A stretch of DNA of 64,000 nt from Octopus vulgaris. Lineage: Eukaryota. The DNA lies in NCBI GenBank assembly GCA_951406725.2, contig OX597831.1, forward strand, positions 42,842,001 to 42,906,000, in the 5' to 3' direction. Numbering within the stretch: position 1 is the first letter of the stretch; each line of letters opens with the position of its first letter. Shown in pieces: positions 37,257 to 49,951 of this stretch. A model generated the notes under the pieces. The model worked only from the letters and a program-made list of their open reading frames with translations, was not told the origin of the DNA and did not search any database. The translations under genes were made by a program, and so were the position numbers.

Positions 37257-38319
37257 TATGTATGTATATATATATATATAGTAACCACATCACTTTACTC
37301 AAAGTAGACAGGAAGATTATATTCAATATGGAACCCTAAATTCATCAGTAACAGTCATACATCTAACAGTAAACACTGGCACTATTATATATTGTATCAT
37401 ATGCATGTGTGCACATAATCATTGATGTCTTGAACATGGCCATTATGTTTTTTTTTCAGACATATTAGCAAATAAATTCTGTTCCTGCATGTAAAATGGT
37501 AGGTTGTAAATTGAGGGAAATTTGGCTGCTATTTTCAGCAAATCAAGTGACCATATAAAATTTCTTTCTTGGCTCATAGATAGCCACTTAAGTCTATTTA
37601 TATATTGATTTAAAGGCATGATTAAGTTTAGTAATATACCATTTTTGGTGAGATGTTTGAAAATTGAGTCTTTGAATTTGATTGTACCAGCATGGGCAAC
37701 ACACGTTAAATGATAAGGATTAATTCTTAATGCCTTAAAATTATCTCCCCTTTCCAGAATTGTTAACTGTTGTAGTTAGGCTTTCATTTCCCATCTAAGA
37801 GTGGAAATTTCAATGAGCTCTCTTTGCAAATGGCATTCAGTACATAGTGCCTTAACTTATTTATCCCAATAAATAACATTGGCCCATTTGAGTTATTTCC
37901 CTTAGCTCATTTTATTTTAAATATCTGCACTTGCTAGGTATGTACCACCTCAACCAATTCTCCCCTCCCCCATTTTTTAATCTTTCCTTACTAGAATTCA
38001 CTACATATTATTGTTGTTGGAACCCTAGTTCTGTAATGGCCAAGCAAACATGAGTAAGACATTTCAACCCTAATCATCCTGTCTTTATAGCGATTTATCT
38101 AGGACCATAATCTCTAGGGTTTCCTTTCCTTAAGACTGTAGCATATACTATGATGGAGATTTGACTGTTATTTCTAGCCTATCAAACGACCACATATGCT
38201 CCCTTACTGGCTTGCCCACATTTCTTTCCTATACAAACCAACTATATTTATCCAACCATTGAGAACCTATAAAGGTCATAGGTCACAACCTTTACCCTAG
38301 ACTAAAAATATGAGAAACG

Positions 38320-38937
38320 TGGGCATGGCTGTGTGGTAAGTAGTCTGCTTGCCAGCCATATGGTTTCAGGTTCACTTCCACTGCATGGCACCTTGGGCAA
38401 GGGTATTCTACTTGACAGTGGATTTGGCAGATAGAAACTGAAAGAAGCCTGTCATAAACATATCTACGTTTGCATTTGTTCTTCACCACCACTCAACAAC
38501 TGGTGTTTGTTTACATCATCAGAACTTAACACTTCACTAAAAGAGAGACTGATAAAATAAGTACCAGGCTTAACAAAACAAAAAAAGTACTGATATAAAG
38601 ACTAGTGAATGGCTAGGAACAAAAATTATCCAAAGATGCTTGTTGTATGAAAACTTAGTAGCAAAGTAGGCTCTATCGATATTTGACGAGATGAATTAAA
38701 AAATTTTAATTAACAAAAATTATATTCTTAGTACTGAGCCATTTGCGTGTTTTTTTTAATTTTGTCAAAATTATCCATTTAGATCAGTAGTACTCTCATT
38801 TTCTGACTCACTGCAGATAAAACAAAAGGTGATTTGTGCACTTTGTAGAAGTCAGAAAAAGCTGTATCCTTCATATGAAAAATTAAAATAATGTTTTGAT
38901 ACTAAAAGTTTAGAAATATACATACATACACACACAC

Positions 38938-38977
<40 letters not shown>

Positions 38978-39425
38978 TGGCTAATTTCTTTGTTCATTTA
39001 TCTTATCACCTGTGCTATATGAATACATGATGTTGTTCTATAGTTTTAACTGCTATATCTGGCATGGTGGTGCCTCTTTGGTACCCTTAATTATAATTAT
39101 ATATATATATGCAGGAATGGTTGGGTGAGTAAGATGCTTACTTCATAACTATATGGCACCAAGTGTCATTTACTATATAGTCCTGGGGCAACCAGAGTGG
39201 ATTCAGTAGATGGAAACTAAAAGGCCTGTTGTCTGTGTGTCCCCCATTTAATAACTGTTGTTGCTTGAAGTCCCAGTGACTTAGTGTTTTGGCAAAAAAA
39301 AGAGATGAAGGGAACAAGTACCAGGCTTTAAAGCCAAGTACTGGCATTTATTTGTTTGACTAAAACTCTTCAAGATGGTGCTCCAGCAAGGCCACAGTCC
39401 AATAACTGAAACAAGTAAAAGATAG
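38320..39425 (+). mobile_element. Two degenerate SINE family B copies (38320-38590, 39110-39425)
   Basis: GGCTGTGTGGTAAG head, GGCACCTTGGGCAAG, AAGTACCAGGCTT and ACTGAAACAAGTAAAAG motifs. Confidence 0.7.
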
Positions 39426-40364
39426 AAACTTATTGCTTACCTTATTTTAATAATCATATTTATGTATGGCAAAAATTATGTCTTGAAGCATTGGTATGGA
39501 TTTTCTGAAGACTTAAAATATATTTCTAAAAATCTGTGACACACCAGTGCACTGCAATGCACCATTTAAGAATCCCTGATTAAATTATGAATAACACATT
39601 TCATAAAGTGCTCAAACATCCACATGGATTTACTAAATCCTTAAATACTTTTAAACAGCCATGGTGCACCTAGATATCTCTTGTGGTACACCGTTTGAGA
39701 ATGACTGATCCAGGAAATGGCTTATTACATCATTAATAGTGTGATTTTAAAGCAGAAAGAATCTATTAAAACCTATGAAATTAGGAACTCAAGCTTGCTT
39801 TTATCAACCTTAGATGTTGGTGAAGTTTCAACTTCATTGAACTAAAGGGTCCCTGTTTTCTCGAAGTGGTCTACATCTGTAGACATTAAGATGACGTGGG
39901 ATTAAACTTGGAAAATACAACAAACTGTGTTGTAACTGAGCAAATCTATTGCTTTTACTCTGTGACATAAGAAAAATACATGTTTATAAAATAGTTTTGC
40001 AACAAAAGGATAATAGTATTCATGTTTTTCATTTTTCCAAGTATGCAAGCAAACAAAAAAATGTTTAAACGTTAAATGACTACAATCTGATTTTTCACCA
40101 AAAATGAATTGAATCGCCATACAAGTGTATAACACAGTTTAAGCTTGTCAATTGACAGTAACTTATTCTGGTAAATAATATGCAGAGCCTACAGTTGTAG
40201 ATATTGGTATAAAATAGGGTTAATGATAAAAATATTTCTTGGTTTATCATGTCAACTGTTGCTAGCATCCCACTTTATGGTGAAAAGCAGAGCTGACTCC
40301 ATCTATATCCTTACCTTGGCAAGATTTAAATTCAAAACATAAATGGAATGGGACTAAATATATT

Positions 40365-40868
40365 GGTTTTAAATCTTGGCACAAAACCAGTAATTTGTGG
40401 GGAGGGGTCAAGTCGATTACATCAACCCCAGTGATCAACTGGTACTTATTTTATTGATCCCGAAAGGATGAAAGGCAAAGTTGACCTCGGTGGAATTTGA
40501 ACTCAGAACGCAAGGGCGAATGAAATTCCACAAAGCATTTTGCCTGGCGTGCTAATAATTCTGTCAATTCACCTCCTTTATGGAACTAAATATATTTACA
40601 ACTAAAATCAAAAGATCCTTTATTTTGGAATTGAGTGATGTGGTGGTAGGAAATAATAATCCTTTTAACTGGAAGCACAAGGCCTCAAATTTGGGGGAAG
40701 GGATTAAGTCAATTACATCAACCCCAGTGTGTAACTAGTACTAATTTTATCAACCGCGAAAGAATGAAAGGCAAAGTCACTGAATCTGAACTCAGAATGT
40801 AACAGCAGACAAATTACTGCTAAGCATTTCATCTGCTGTGCTAATGATTCTGCCATCTTGTCACCTTA
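40365..40868 (-). mobile_element. Two SINE family A copies
   Basis: GATTACATCAACCCCAGTG..GAAAGGCAAAGT..GAACTCAGAA twice. Confidence 0.8.
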
Positions 40869-41024
40869 ATAATAATAATAATCTATTTTAATTTTCTTGG
40901 TGTTTTTGACAGCATTAGCTGCAGAAGTGAAGTGATTTTATAATTGAACCAAGTTAGAGATCTGAGTCACAAGGAACTGTTATGCACTCTACAAGTACAG
41001 AATAATACTAAACTTTTTTTCTTC

Positions 41025-41372
41025 TTTTTACTTGTTTGTCATTAAACTGTGGCCATGCTGGGGCAACACTCTGCATTCTAAGTCAAAAGGACTGACCCCA
41101 GGACTTATTCTTTTAAGTCTAGTACTTATTTTATCAGCTTCTTTTGCCAGACTGCTCACTTATGAGGGCGTAAACAAACACTGGCTGTCAATCAGTGGAG
41201 GAACACACACACACGAGGGACTTCCAGAGTTTCCATCTGCCAAATTCACTCATAATGCAGTGGACAGACTGGAGCTATAGTAGAAGACACTTTTCCAAGG
41301 TGCCATGCAATGAGAATGAACTTAAAACCATGCAGTTACAAAGCAAGCTTCTTAACCCCAACAGCCATGCCT
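41025..41372 (-). mobile_element. SINE family B copy
   Basis: TTTTACTTGTTTGTCATT..GGCCATGCTGGGGCA..CCAAGGTGCCA..ACAGCCATGCCT. Confidence 0.75.
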
Positions 41373-41759
41373 ACAATATTAGGAAACAGTGTAGTTGACT
41401 TAAATGACAAATACTTTACCATAAAAAGTAAAGTTAACAGAAAGGACACAATACTGCAGAGCATTTGGTGCAGCAGTCAGCCATTTCTGCAATGTTGTGG
41501 TCCTTAATAAAAGTAATTTCTAACATATGCAGACGGTCAGAAATTTAGGAGAAAGGTTTCGTTGCCTAAATTGCATTTGAGGTTGATTTTAACCCATTAG
41601 CATCCATGGTCCTTTTTAGGACCAGAAGGATAATCTATCATATTTCTGCAACACCTGTATTTTTCTGAGATATCTTTAGTTTGTCATCAAAACTGGAGTG
41701 TCTTTCAAATACTGTAATAAATTTTTTTTATGTATTTAGTATCAGATAAAGTTGTATAA

Positions 41760-42310
41760 AAAATATTTTTGGTAGTAAATTAAACAAAAAAATTGGGCTA
41801 CCTAGGGTATAAAAAAAAATGAAAGACAGTTGGCCTGAATAGGATATGAACTCAAAAGATGAAGAACCAAAACAAATACTGCAAATCATTTTGTCTGACG
41901 CTAATGTTTCTGCCAATTTTCAGCTGTAAAACAATAATAATCCCTCCTATTATAGGTAAAAGGGCAGCAATTTTAGGGAGCTAGTTGATAACATTAACCC
42001 TCAGTACTTTACTAGTACTTAATTTTATTGACCCCCTAAGGATGAAAGGCAGAGTTGACCCCAGAGGAATTTTTACCGAGAATGTAAAGAACCAGAATAA
42101 TAGTTATTCTGAATTTGACACAAGGCCAGGAAAGCGGGCAAGTCGCCCACATTAATCCCAGGGTTTACCTCATACTTATTTTATTGAGCTCAAAAGGATG
42201 AAAGGCAAAGACAACTTTGACAGAATTTGAACTCAGGACACAAAGAGTTAAAAAAAAATACCACAAAGCATTTTGTCTAACACACTAATGACTCTGTCAA
42301 CCTTCTGACT
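41760..42310 (-). mobile_element. Degenerate SINE family A copies
   Basis: AAGGATGAAAGGCA core at ~42038 and ~42195. Confidence 0.65.
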
Positions 42311-43261
42311 ATAAATCAATAATATTAAAAAAAAATAACAACAAAAAGAAATAAAGAATATTAACAATAATTTATAGAAATGATAGTTTTTCGAAAAACA
42401 ATTTCAATATTATTGTATTCTTCAATACACCAATACTTGTGTGTACGTATGTGTATGGACATAAGTATGTATGTGATTTATTAATTTATTTTTCTTTGGT
42501 TAATTTTGTTATTGCTTATTTTTGTTCATTTTTTTTTGTGTAATATTTCTTACATTTTTTTTTGTTTATTGCTTTCTCTTTTCCATCTTCTTTCTTCACT
42601 TTGTTTTGAGAAGAGGAAGATGGTGAAGTGGAGCTGCACATGTTAGATAAAAAGGGAAAAAAAAGAAGCCTAGCCTGAAGTCGTTTGGGAGGGAATAGAC
42701 ATGATGATAGAGATGTATGATTAATGTGCAGGTGGCTGTGTTGGTGATGGGGAAAACATGGCATACTTATGACTCCTGTATCTCTTTGTAATGTTAGAGG
42801 CTGTTGCAATCATCTGAGAAAAGATCCTTTTATAGATGCAATGTGTTAAAAAAAAAAAAACATATCAAAAGCTAGATGAAACAAAACTGCCCTAGAAGCA
42901 ACTGCAAGAATGGCAGGTGCACATTTCAGCAATTTTGTAGTTTCTCAATGCTGCACACATGTCTAGCTCTGAAATATATTACATTTTTAACACACTATTT
43001 ATAAAGCAATTTTTTTCCCCCAAACAACCACTGCAGCTTCTGATATTTCAACTGTATACACATGTTAAATATGTCCTGTAGATAAAGATTTTAATCTTTA
43101 GCTGCTTCTACAGTATAATTTGTGTGTGTATATATCTATATATGCATGCACACAAACATACACACTTGTATATATACATATATACACACACACAAAATGT
43201 ATTTGTATATACATTTCTACACACACACATATTGTCTAAATGTTATGTATAAGCTATAAAC

Positions 43262-44560
43262 AGGTTGCTTGATTAAATTTATCCAAGATTGCAGCAGAAC
43301 TATATGCTGACTGATGAACAAGCAGGAGGAGAAACAGTTCTCAAGGAAGCCAAACAGCACTACTTAAGTCTACTGACAATATGGCTAGAAAATATGAAGA
43401 CATTTGACTGTTACCTCACTCATGGATATTTGGATCAGTGCACTTCAAAGTTTCAACTGCTGAAGTTCGACATGCTACTCACAGGTCGATGTTCTGGAGC
43501 TATATCCAGGAAATATCATTAATACTGGTCCCAATATTCTCATGGAACATAGAAATGGAGTTAGGTGAACATGGGTGTTCATATTTGGTAATCAATTCAA
43601 AAACTAAATTGTTGACCAGGCAAGGAATATAGATATCAATGGCAACAAGTTTTTTTTGGAATCAATGCTAAATACTGCAGGCATTGTTGCTTATGAATAA
43701 AACAGGAGCAAGAAAAAAATTTGTCAGCTGACTTTGGAAGGCATGGAAGTCACAGCTAGTCTCATTCAGTAACATAATGCTTTTGCAATACTAGTACGAA
43801 TACCAACATTTGGCATATTACACTGAACAGCTGAAGAGATCTGCAGTTTGGACATCAATACTGAAAAAGGGAGCCACATCATACCCCTCAGACAACACCT
43901 AATGGATAATGAAGGGGGAACAGAATGTGTGTACAGAAAAATAAAACTGATAGCATCGTCAGTAAGTGAAAACTCCTGAATAAGCATTTTAAGTGTACAT
44001 CTATTCCATGTTAATCATGGGCAACTGGACTAAGCTACATAGAAACTCAGTGGTGGTGGTGGTGAGGATACTTAACATGCAACAGAAAGTTATGCATGAG
44101 TACATATCCTGTAATCCTGTAAACCTGAAAATTCCAACATTAAGATGAAGAGTTATCTCTCTTGTACGTGTGATACGAAATGCCTGATCAACAAGAGATA
44201 AAAGTTTTTTCCAACTAAACCTCAGGGAAAAGAAATGTGGATTGTGCCATATCAGTGTGGAAGACATTGTTTATATCAGCAGCAGCTGCTCCCCAAATTT
44301 TCTGCAAAGTACCACTTTGCCATGAGACATGATGTTGTTGCCAAAACTTTAAAATACTTATCTATATATAAAGAATTGTCCTAGTGGCATTAGCAAAGAC
44401 ACACCAGAATCATAATGCATCCACATTTTTTAAAAATAGGGAATTTTAATGAAGTATTCCAATGAAAACAGGCCTCATATTGTTCTACGAAGCTGAACAA
44501 GTGTCATACAGTGATATGGAGGTCAACTGGCCGGCAGGTGTGAATGCCTCAAAATAATGG
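43262..44560 (+). mobile_element. Highly decayed R4/Dong-type (RLE clade) non-LTR retrotransposon
   Basis: RT fragment LTDEQAG..ETVLKEAKQH..IWL..KTFD; zinc knuckle KCGLCHISVEDIVYISSSC; AMRHDVVAK (RHD motif); NRPHIV / EVNWP resembling the RLE PD..E motifs. Confidence 0.75.
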
Positions 44561-45560
44561 AAAAAAAAAAATCACTGGTCAATTTTGTATTCGAGGTACA
44601 AATTTTCATTTGCATCTATTAACATACATGCATTGAAGTTATGTAACAAAATATTTACATAAAAGCTTGGAATGCTTGGGGCTTTCCAACAACAAAAATG
44701 GACCTGTGCCTTCCAAATCCAATTAGTACAGTAAAGACATGCATATATATTTCCTTGAGGAAACTCGAATGCAAAATCAAAAGATTTTTTCTTCTCCTTT
44801 TGAGTCTCCATAGAAGCACAGTATACACACCATCGCATGTACATGCAGGCACGCATGAATAAAAAGCAAGTGCACAATTCGTTAACAAAGAGACACATGT
44901 ACAGCCATTACATGAGTCTGAGCACATTTGTGCATCAACAGATACCTACATAGAACGGCCATACACATATACATGTATGCACACATAAATGTATGCAGGC
45001 ATGTTCACAAACCTCTGGTATTGTATTAACCCAAACAAAGAAGCTAGGTGACTTTGTTAGCAACTAGCTTGAATTGTGTAAAAGAATTTAAAATTTCAAA
45101 GAAAACATATATATAAATATATTACATATACATACAAACATAATTATTTGAGTGTTTGTGTTTGGTCCCCTCATTTGCATAAAAGCATATCTTGAATTTA
45201 GAAAAAACTGTATGTTATTTCATTCTTCACACTCGTGTGAATGTTCCTGGAAGTATTCATGTAAGGTTTTTTTTTTTTTTGGTGGGGAGCAGGAGGGGAA
45301 GGGCACTTTTTTTTATTTGTTTGTTTTTAAGCTGATCAAAAATATTTAATAAAAATTGGGATCAGAATATAAAGGTCTTTTTTTTTTTAGGGAAGGGATT
45401 CATTTTTGCCTTTGTTTTTAATATTATCAATTTAGGTAATTTTGCACTTTTCCCTTCAAATAACTTTGATTGTAGCATATTCTTTATATTCTGGATACCT
45501 TCCATTCAGACATATCTTCATATATATCTCACACACAAACATGTACTGTCTTTTTCTTGC

Positions 45561-46814
45561 TCATATAGGTACAGGTTTAATCAAAACTGCCATTGTCCGG
45601 GCAACCTCAGGGTTGATTATATCAATCGTATGGGACATATGGTTGCCACGGGAACAGACAGTTGGTGTGGATTGTTCCACTTGGATGACTTCTTCATCAT
45701 CATTATACACTATCAAGCTGGACATTACCCTTGCCTCCCCTTGGACAAGGGCAGACTCATGGCAAAAGATTTGTAATATCCATTGGTCAGCATTCTTTCG
45801 GTAAGTAATTTTCCAGTCACCTTCCTTGATTTCGGAAGGCACAGGGCCAACGTATGTTCGGACATCGACCTGAATGCCAAACCGGTGAGTATTGTGCATA
45901 CGCACACTGTCCACCATCAGCTCCTTGTAGTCACGTGGTATGTAGAATGGTTCGTTGAATGACACCTTCAGTTCTTTTTGTGCTGGACACAGCGAACGAA
46001 ATCGGTATGCTTTGCTGATTAGGTGGTGCATCAAAGTCCTATACTCGGGCAATTTAGAGATCTCAGAGTTCTCAATGTCATACAGTTGTGAAACCAGCAT
46101 TTGCGGAAAACGAATGAAGGACATTAACTTTTGCACGTTCTCTCCATAACTATTTGGCTTTAAGGTTTCTTGGTGTTCCAGCCAATGTGTGAGAGCAAGG
46201 TACAATGTGTATTCGTTGGTGACAACTAAGCTAGAACTCTGCAACAGGTCAGTAACAAAATCATTGTCCATGGTCAACCATTCTGGAGACTTTATGATAT
46301 TATCTGCATTCCATGCAATCGTCTTGGCACACTGTTCAATAAGGTCTTCCAAATGTAGGGCCTTCGCCCACGAATACCAATTCAGCGCATTCTGAACCTT
46401 AGGAGATTTCGTGTTCTCTACCATATATTTGGTACAAAGATGCTTCAGTGATGCAACATTGTATTTATCTGCAAGACAAAGAACACCAACTGCAGATTCC
46501 GGATTAATTTTGATTTCAGCAGTGTAGAGATAGCGAAGAAACCTATTGAAGACAGCCTGGCATTCGGCAGACTCATTCAGGTCAATGCTTGCAGTGCTTT
46601 TCTCTTTCCACCGACTTTCATAAAGCATTGTGCGAAATACATCACTGGACTTGGCCAAGACAAACTTATGACCAAAATAGACTTTGTTGCCAACATTCAA
46701 TTTTATGTCACTGAGTGACTCCTGGTTATAAAATCGAGACACGTTGGATATGAACGTACCTTCATCTTTCAGTATAAACTCTTGGCTACCAGGAGTCACG
46801 GGTCCTTCCATCAT
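45561..46814 (-). CDS. BTB/POZ + BACK domain protein (BTBD17-like, probable Cullin-3 adaptor), large 3' coding exon
   Basis: 417-aa open frame with BTB signature (SDIKLNVG..FGHKFVLAKSSDVFRTML; FNRFLRYLYTAEI; VLCLADKYNVASLKHLC) and BACK-like region (W..M..DFVTDLLQSSSLVVTNEYTLYLALTHWL; IRFPQM). Preceded by acceptor ttgtttattccAG (46816-46815), so the exon starts in phase 0 at 46814. Confidence 0.92.
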   Translation of the reverse strand: MMEGPVTPGSQEFILKDEGTFISNVSRFYNQESLSDIKLNVGNKVYFGHKFVLAKSSDVFRTMLYESRWKEKSTASIDLNESAECQAVFNRFLRYLYTAEIKINPESAVGVLCLADKYNVASLKHLCTKYMVENTKSPKVQNALNWYSWAKALHLEDLIEQCAKTIAWNADNIIKSPEWLTMDNDFVTDLLQSSSLVVTNEYTLYLALTHWLEHQETLKPNSYGENVQKLMSFIRFPQMLVSQLYDIENSEISKLPEYRTLMHHLISKAYRFRSLCPAQKELKVSFNEPFYIPRDYKELMVDSVRMHNTHRFGIQVDVRTYVGPVPSEIKEGDWKITYRKNADQWILQIFCHESALVQGEARVMSSLIVYNDDEEVIQVEQSTPTVCSRGNHMSHTIDIINPEVARTMAVLIKPVPI

Positions 46815-46863
46815 CTGGAATAAACAATAAAAATCATGTCAGTGTTTATAGAATAAACAACAA

Positions 46864-46900
<37 letters not shown>

Positions 46901-47089
46901 TTAGTCAAAATATCTTGATCATTGATTTAATAAATATTAACTCAATTAGCAGAAAAACTCAAAAACAAAAATATTATAAATATATAAATGTGTGAAAAAT
47001 AAACATTTCTTTTTGCAATTTTACATTATTATTAATCTGGGAGAACCTAAAGTGACTAGGTTCAAAAAGTTTATAAGGTCAGTTTTTAA

Positions 47090-47300
47090 CCCTTAGCATT
47101 TAAACTGATCATATCCAGTTCAAATATTCTACCTGTTTTATGTTTTCAAACTGGCCTCTCACACCTAAACCCACAATGTCATTCTAAAAAAAAAAATCAC
47201 AACCTCAAAATCTTGAAGCTATGAAATAATGCATGATTAATTTAAAACAATGTGAATAAATAGACATTACATTTGACAGAGTAATCTGAATGCGAAAGGG
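47090..47300. mobile_element. piggyBac-like MITE
   Basis: TTAA|CCCTTAGCATT ... AATGCGAAAGGG; same family as 27717. Confidence 0.7.
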
Positions 47301-47490
47301 AAAATACAAACATGACATTGTGGTCTGGAACAACTTACTTTATCTCACCTCACCTTAAATAGGAAAAAAATAAAAGATACTTGTCTTGCTTCCTGAAAGA
47401 GTAAATCATTCAATTCAGAACATGTTTCCTCATCACTCACACAGACAGACATCAGTTTACATAAATACTGGTAAGGCATAGCACATATGT

Positions 47491-47596
47491 GGAGGCGCAA
47501 TGGCCCAGTGGTTAGGGCAGCAGACTCGCGGCCGGAGGATCGCGGTTTCGATTCCCAGACCGGGCATTGTGTGTGTTTATTGAGCGAAAACACCTA
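47491..47596 (+). mobile_element. SINE family C head (tRNA-like), 3'-truncated
   Basis: GGAGGCGCAATGGCCCAGTGGTTAGG (A box) .. GGTTTCGATTCCC (B box-like); matches the 31952 copy; no acceptor stem. Confidence 0.85.
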
Positions 47597-48527
47597 TTGG
47601 AGAGAAACAAATAAATGTTTAGGGGACAGATGGGTACGTGGTCCTATGGGAACAACAAGTTAGGAAGAGAGGGTAAGGGTGTAGGTGGTTTCTGGGGTGT
47701 GTAGAGGGGTACCAGTGTGGGAGGGAGTTGTGTGGGAAAGGGTGGGGTGTGATTAGGTGTGAATGTAACAAGTGAGAGAATGGAGAAGGTGAAAAGAAAA
47801 GGTAGGAAAATCACTGAAGAAAACAGTATAGTTGGTGATAAAAACAAGTTTAAAAAAAAGATAAAAACATCTGAGTTATTCCCCCTCCCTGCATGGTAGG
47901 TGTTCAAGTAGCCAAACTTCATATTTGATTCCCATAATTCTAAGGGACCTTTATTTTCAATCAGTATCAACGTAGTCTCCCTTCCGTCTCTCTCTCTTGC
48001 CATAAGTAATAGTTATTTCCCTTTTTTCCACTTACAGGAAAAAATGAAATAAAAATGAATTTGCTTTAAAGAAAAAAAGCTCAATATTAAACTTCAAAAG
48101 AAAATCCTTCATAGTATATATGTGAAAGAGAGAAAGAGAGAAAATAAGCAAACAAAATATTCGACAAAAAAACAAAATAAAAATTTTAAAGGCGTGTGTA
48201 TATTGAGTGGACCTCACCTTAAAATACTAACGAGTTCACTTCACCTGTAGAAACAGAAAATATACTATTGAATTGGTAACTAGGTGAATTCTGAAATATT
48301 AGTACCAGATTTGACATCGTTTCATAGGTTACTCATAACATACCTACGATCTCATGCATTTCACAAACAATAATGGTCATTGTAATTAACCATTGGTGAG
48401 AATTTAGCATGCAGGCTTTCATCTTAAATGTGATTTAAGCGATATTAAGATTTGGAATAATAAAAAAATATATATATAAAGGCAAACACTGCATGGGTGT
48501 GTCTATAGGAAATATATTTAATTATTT

Positions 48528-49050
48528 ATTACTTGTTTCAGTCATTAGACTGTGGTCATACTGGGGCATCGCCTTGAGGAATTTTAATTGAACTAATTGA
48601 CTCCAATATTCATTTTCTTTTTAAGCGTGGAACTTATTGCGGAACTTCAAGGTTATGGGGCTATAAACACACCAGTACTGGTTATCAAGGGGTGGGGGCG
48701 GGGACAAACACAAGCACACACACACACAACGGGCTTTTTTCAGTCAGTTTCCATCAACCAAATCCACTCACAAAGTTTTGATCAGCCTGAGCCTAGAGTA
48801 GAAGACACTTACTTACCCAAGGTGCCACACAGTAGGAGTGAAACTGGAACCTTGTGGTTAGGAAGCAAACTTCTTACCGCACACCTATGCCTGTGCCTAT
48901 GTTTGGTAAGAAGTTTGCTTTGGCTTTAGGAGGGACTTCCAGCTGTAGAAACCATGCCAGATCAGATTGGAACCTGGTGCAGCTCCCCAGCTTACCAGTT
49001 TTCAGTCAAACCATCCAACCCATGCCAGCATGGAAAGCAAATGCTAAATG
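48528..49050. mobile_element. SINE family B copy (-) plus RTE-type tail fragment (+)
   Basis: TACTTGTTTCAGTCATT..CCCAAGGTGCCAC; CCATCCAACCCATGCCAGCATGGAAA. Confidence 0.7.
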
Positions 49051-49089
<39 letters not shown>

Positions 49090-49092
<3 letters not shown>

Positions 49093-49288
49093 GGTCCCGG
49101 TTTGAGTCGGGGTTAACCACAGTAAATAAGGTACTCAATACATAGCAGAGTAAATTAATTTATTTTATAGAAGGAGCTTCTACAGGACTAGAACTGTTTC
49201 ATTCAAATGAAATCATCAGCAAGCTTCCTGATGATTTCATTTGAATGAAACAGTTCTAGTCCTGTAGAAGCTCCTTCTATAAAATAAA
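49090..49288. mobile_element. Penelope-like/retrozyme-type inverted element inserted in (TA)n, with a 130-bp palindrome
   Basis: 49159-49288 is a palindrome centred on AAGCTT with one C/C mismatch. Each arm reads CTGATGA..GAAAC..GTA then AATAAA. The minus arm extends ~70 nt further. Confidence 0.8.
49222..49272 (+). ncRNA. Type I hammerhead ribozyme motif
   Basis: AGCUUC-CUGAUGA-U UUC AUUU GAA U-GAA-ACAG UUCUAGUC CUGU-A^-GAAGCU. Stem I 6 bp, stem III 4 bp, GUA triplet. Stem II is closed by an atypical U.U pair. Confidence 0.65.
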
Positions 49289-49403
49289 ATATATATATAT
49301 ATATATATATATGAGAGAATAGAAAGGTAATTAATAAATTATTATTTATTATTTATTAATTTAAAAATTGGGAAACATCCTTTACAGCTGTTTCAATTCA
49401 GGC

Positions 49404-49914
49404 TCTTTACTCTTTTACTTGTTTCAGGCATTTGACTGTGGCCATGTTGGAGCACCGCCTTTAGTCGAACGAATCAACCCCAGGACTTATTCTTTGTAAG
49501 CCTAGTATTTATTCTATCGGTCTCTTATGCCGAACCGCTAAGTTACGGGGACGTAAACACACCAGCATCGGTTGTCAAGCGATTTTGAGGGGACAAACAG
49601 TCATACACACACGCATACATATATACGACGGGCTTCTTTCAGTTTCCGTCTACCAAATCCACTCACAAAGCTTTGGGACTGAACCAGAAACTAAGTTGTT
49701 GGGAAGCAAGCCTCTTAACTGCATGGTTCATCATGGAAAGCCAGCAGCTGCACTAGGCTCCAATCTGATCTGGCAATGTTTCTACAGCTGGATGCTCTTC
49801 CTCATGCCAACCACTCTGAGAGTATAGTGGGTGCTTTTTATGTGCCACCAGGACAGGAGCCAATCAGGCGGGCCTGGCATTGAGCACATTCGGATAGTGT
49901 TTTTTATGTTCCAC

Positions 49915-49920
<6 letters not shown>
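49404..49920 (-). mobile_element. SINE family B copy followed by RTE-type tail fragment
   Basis: CTCTTTTACTTGTTTCAG..GCCGAACCGCTAAGTTACGGGGACGTAAAC..TTTCCGTCTACCAAATCCACTCAC. Confidence 0.8.

Positions 49921-49951
<31 letters not shown>

Noticed and set aside
45442-46395. Plus-strand ORFs overlapping the BTB exon
   Set aside because: They are short antisense frames without independent support.
47491-47565. tRNA gene
   Set aside because: It has A/B boxes but no acceptor stem, and it continues into the SINE C body seen at 31638-31952.
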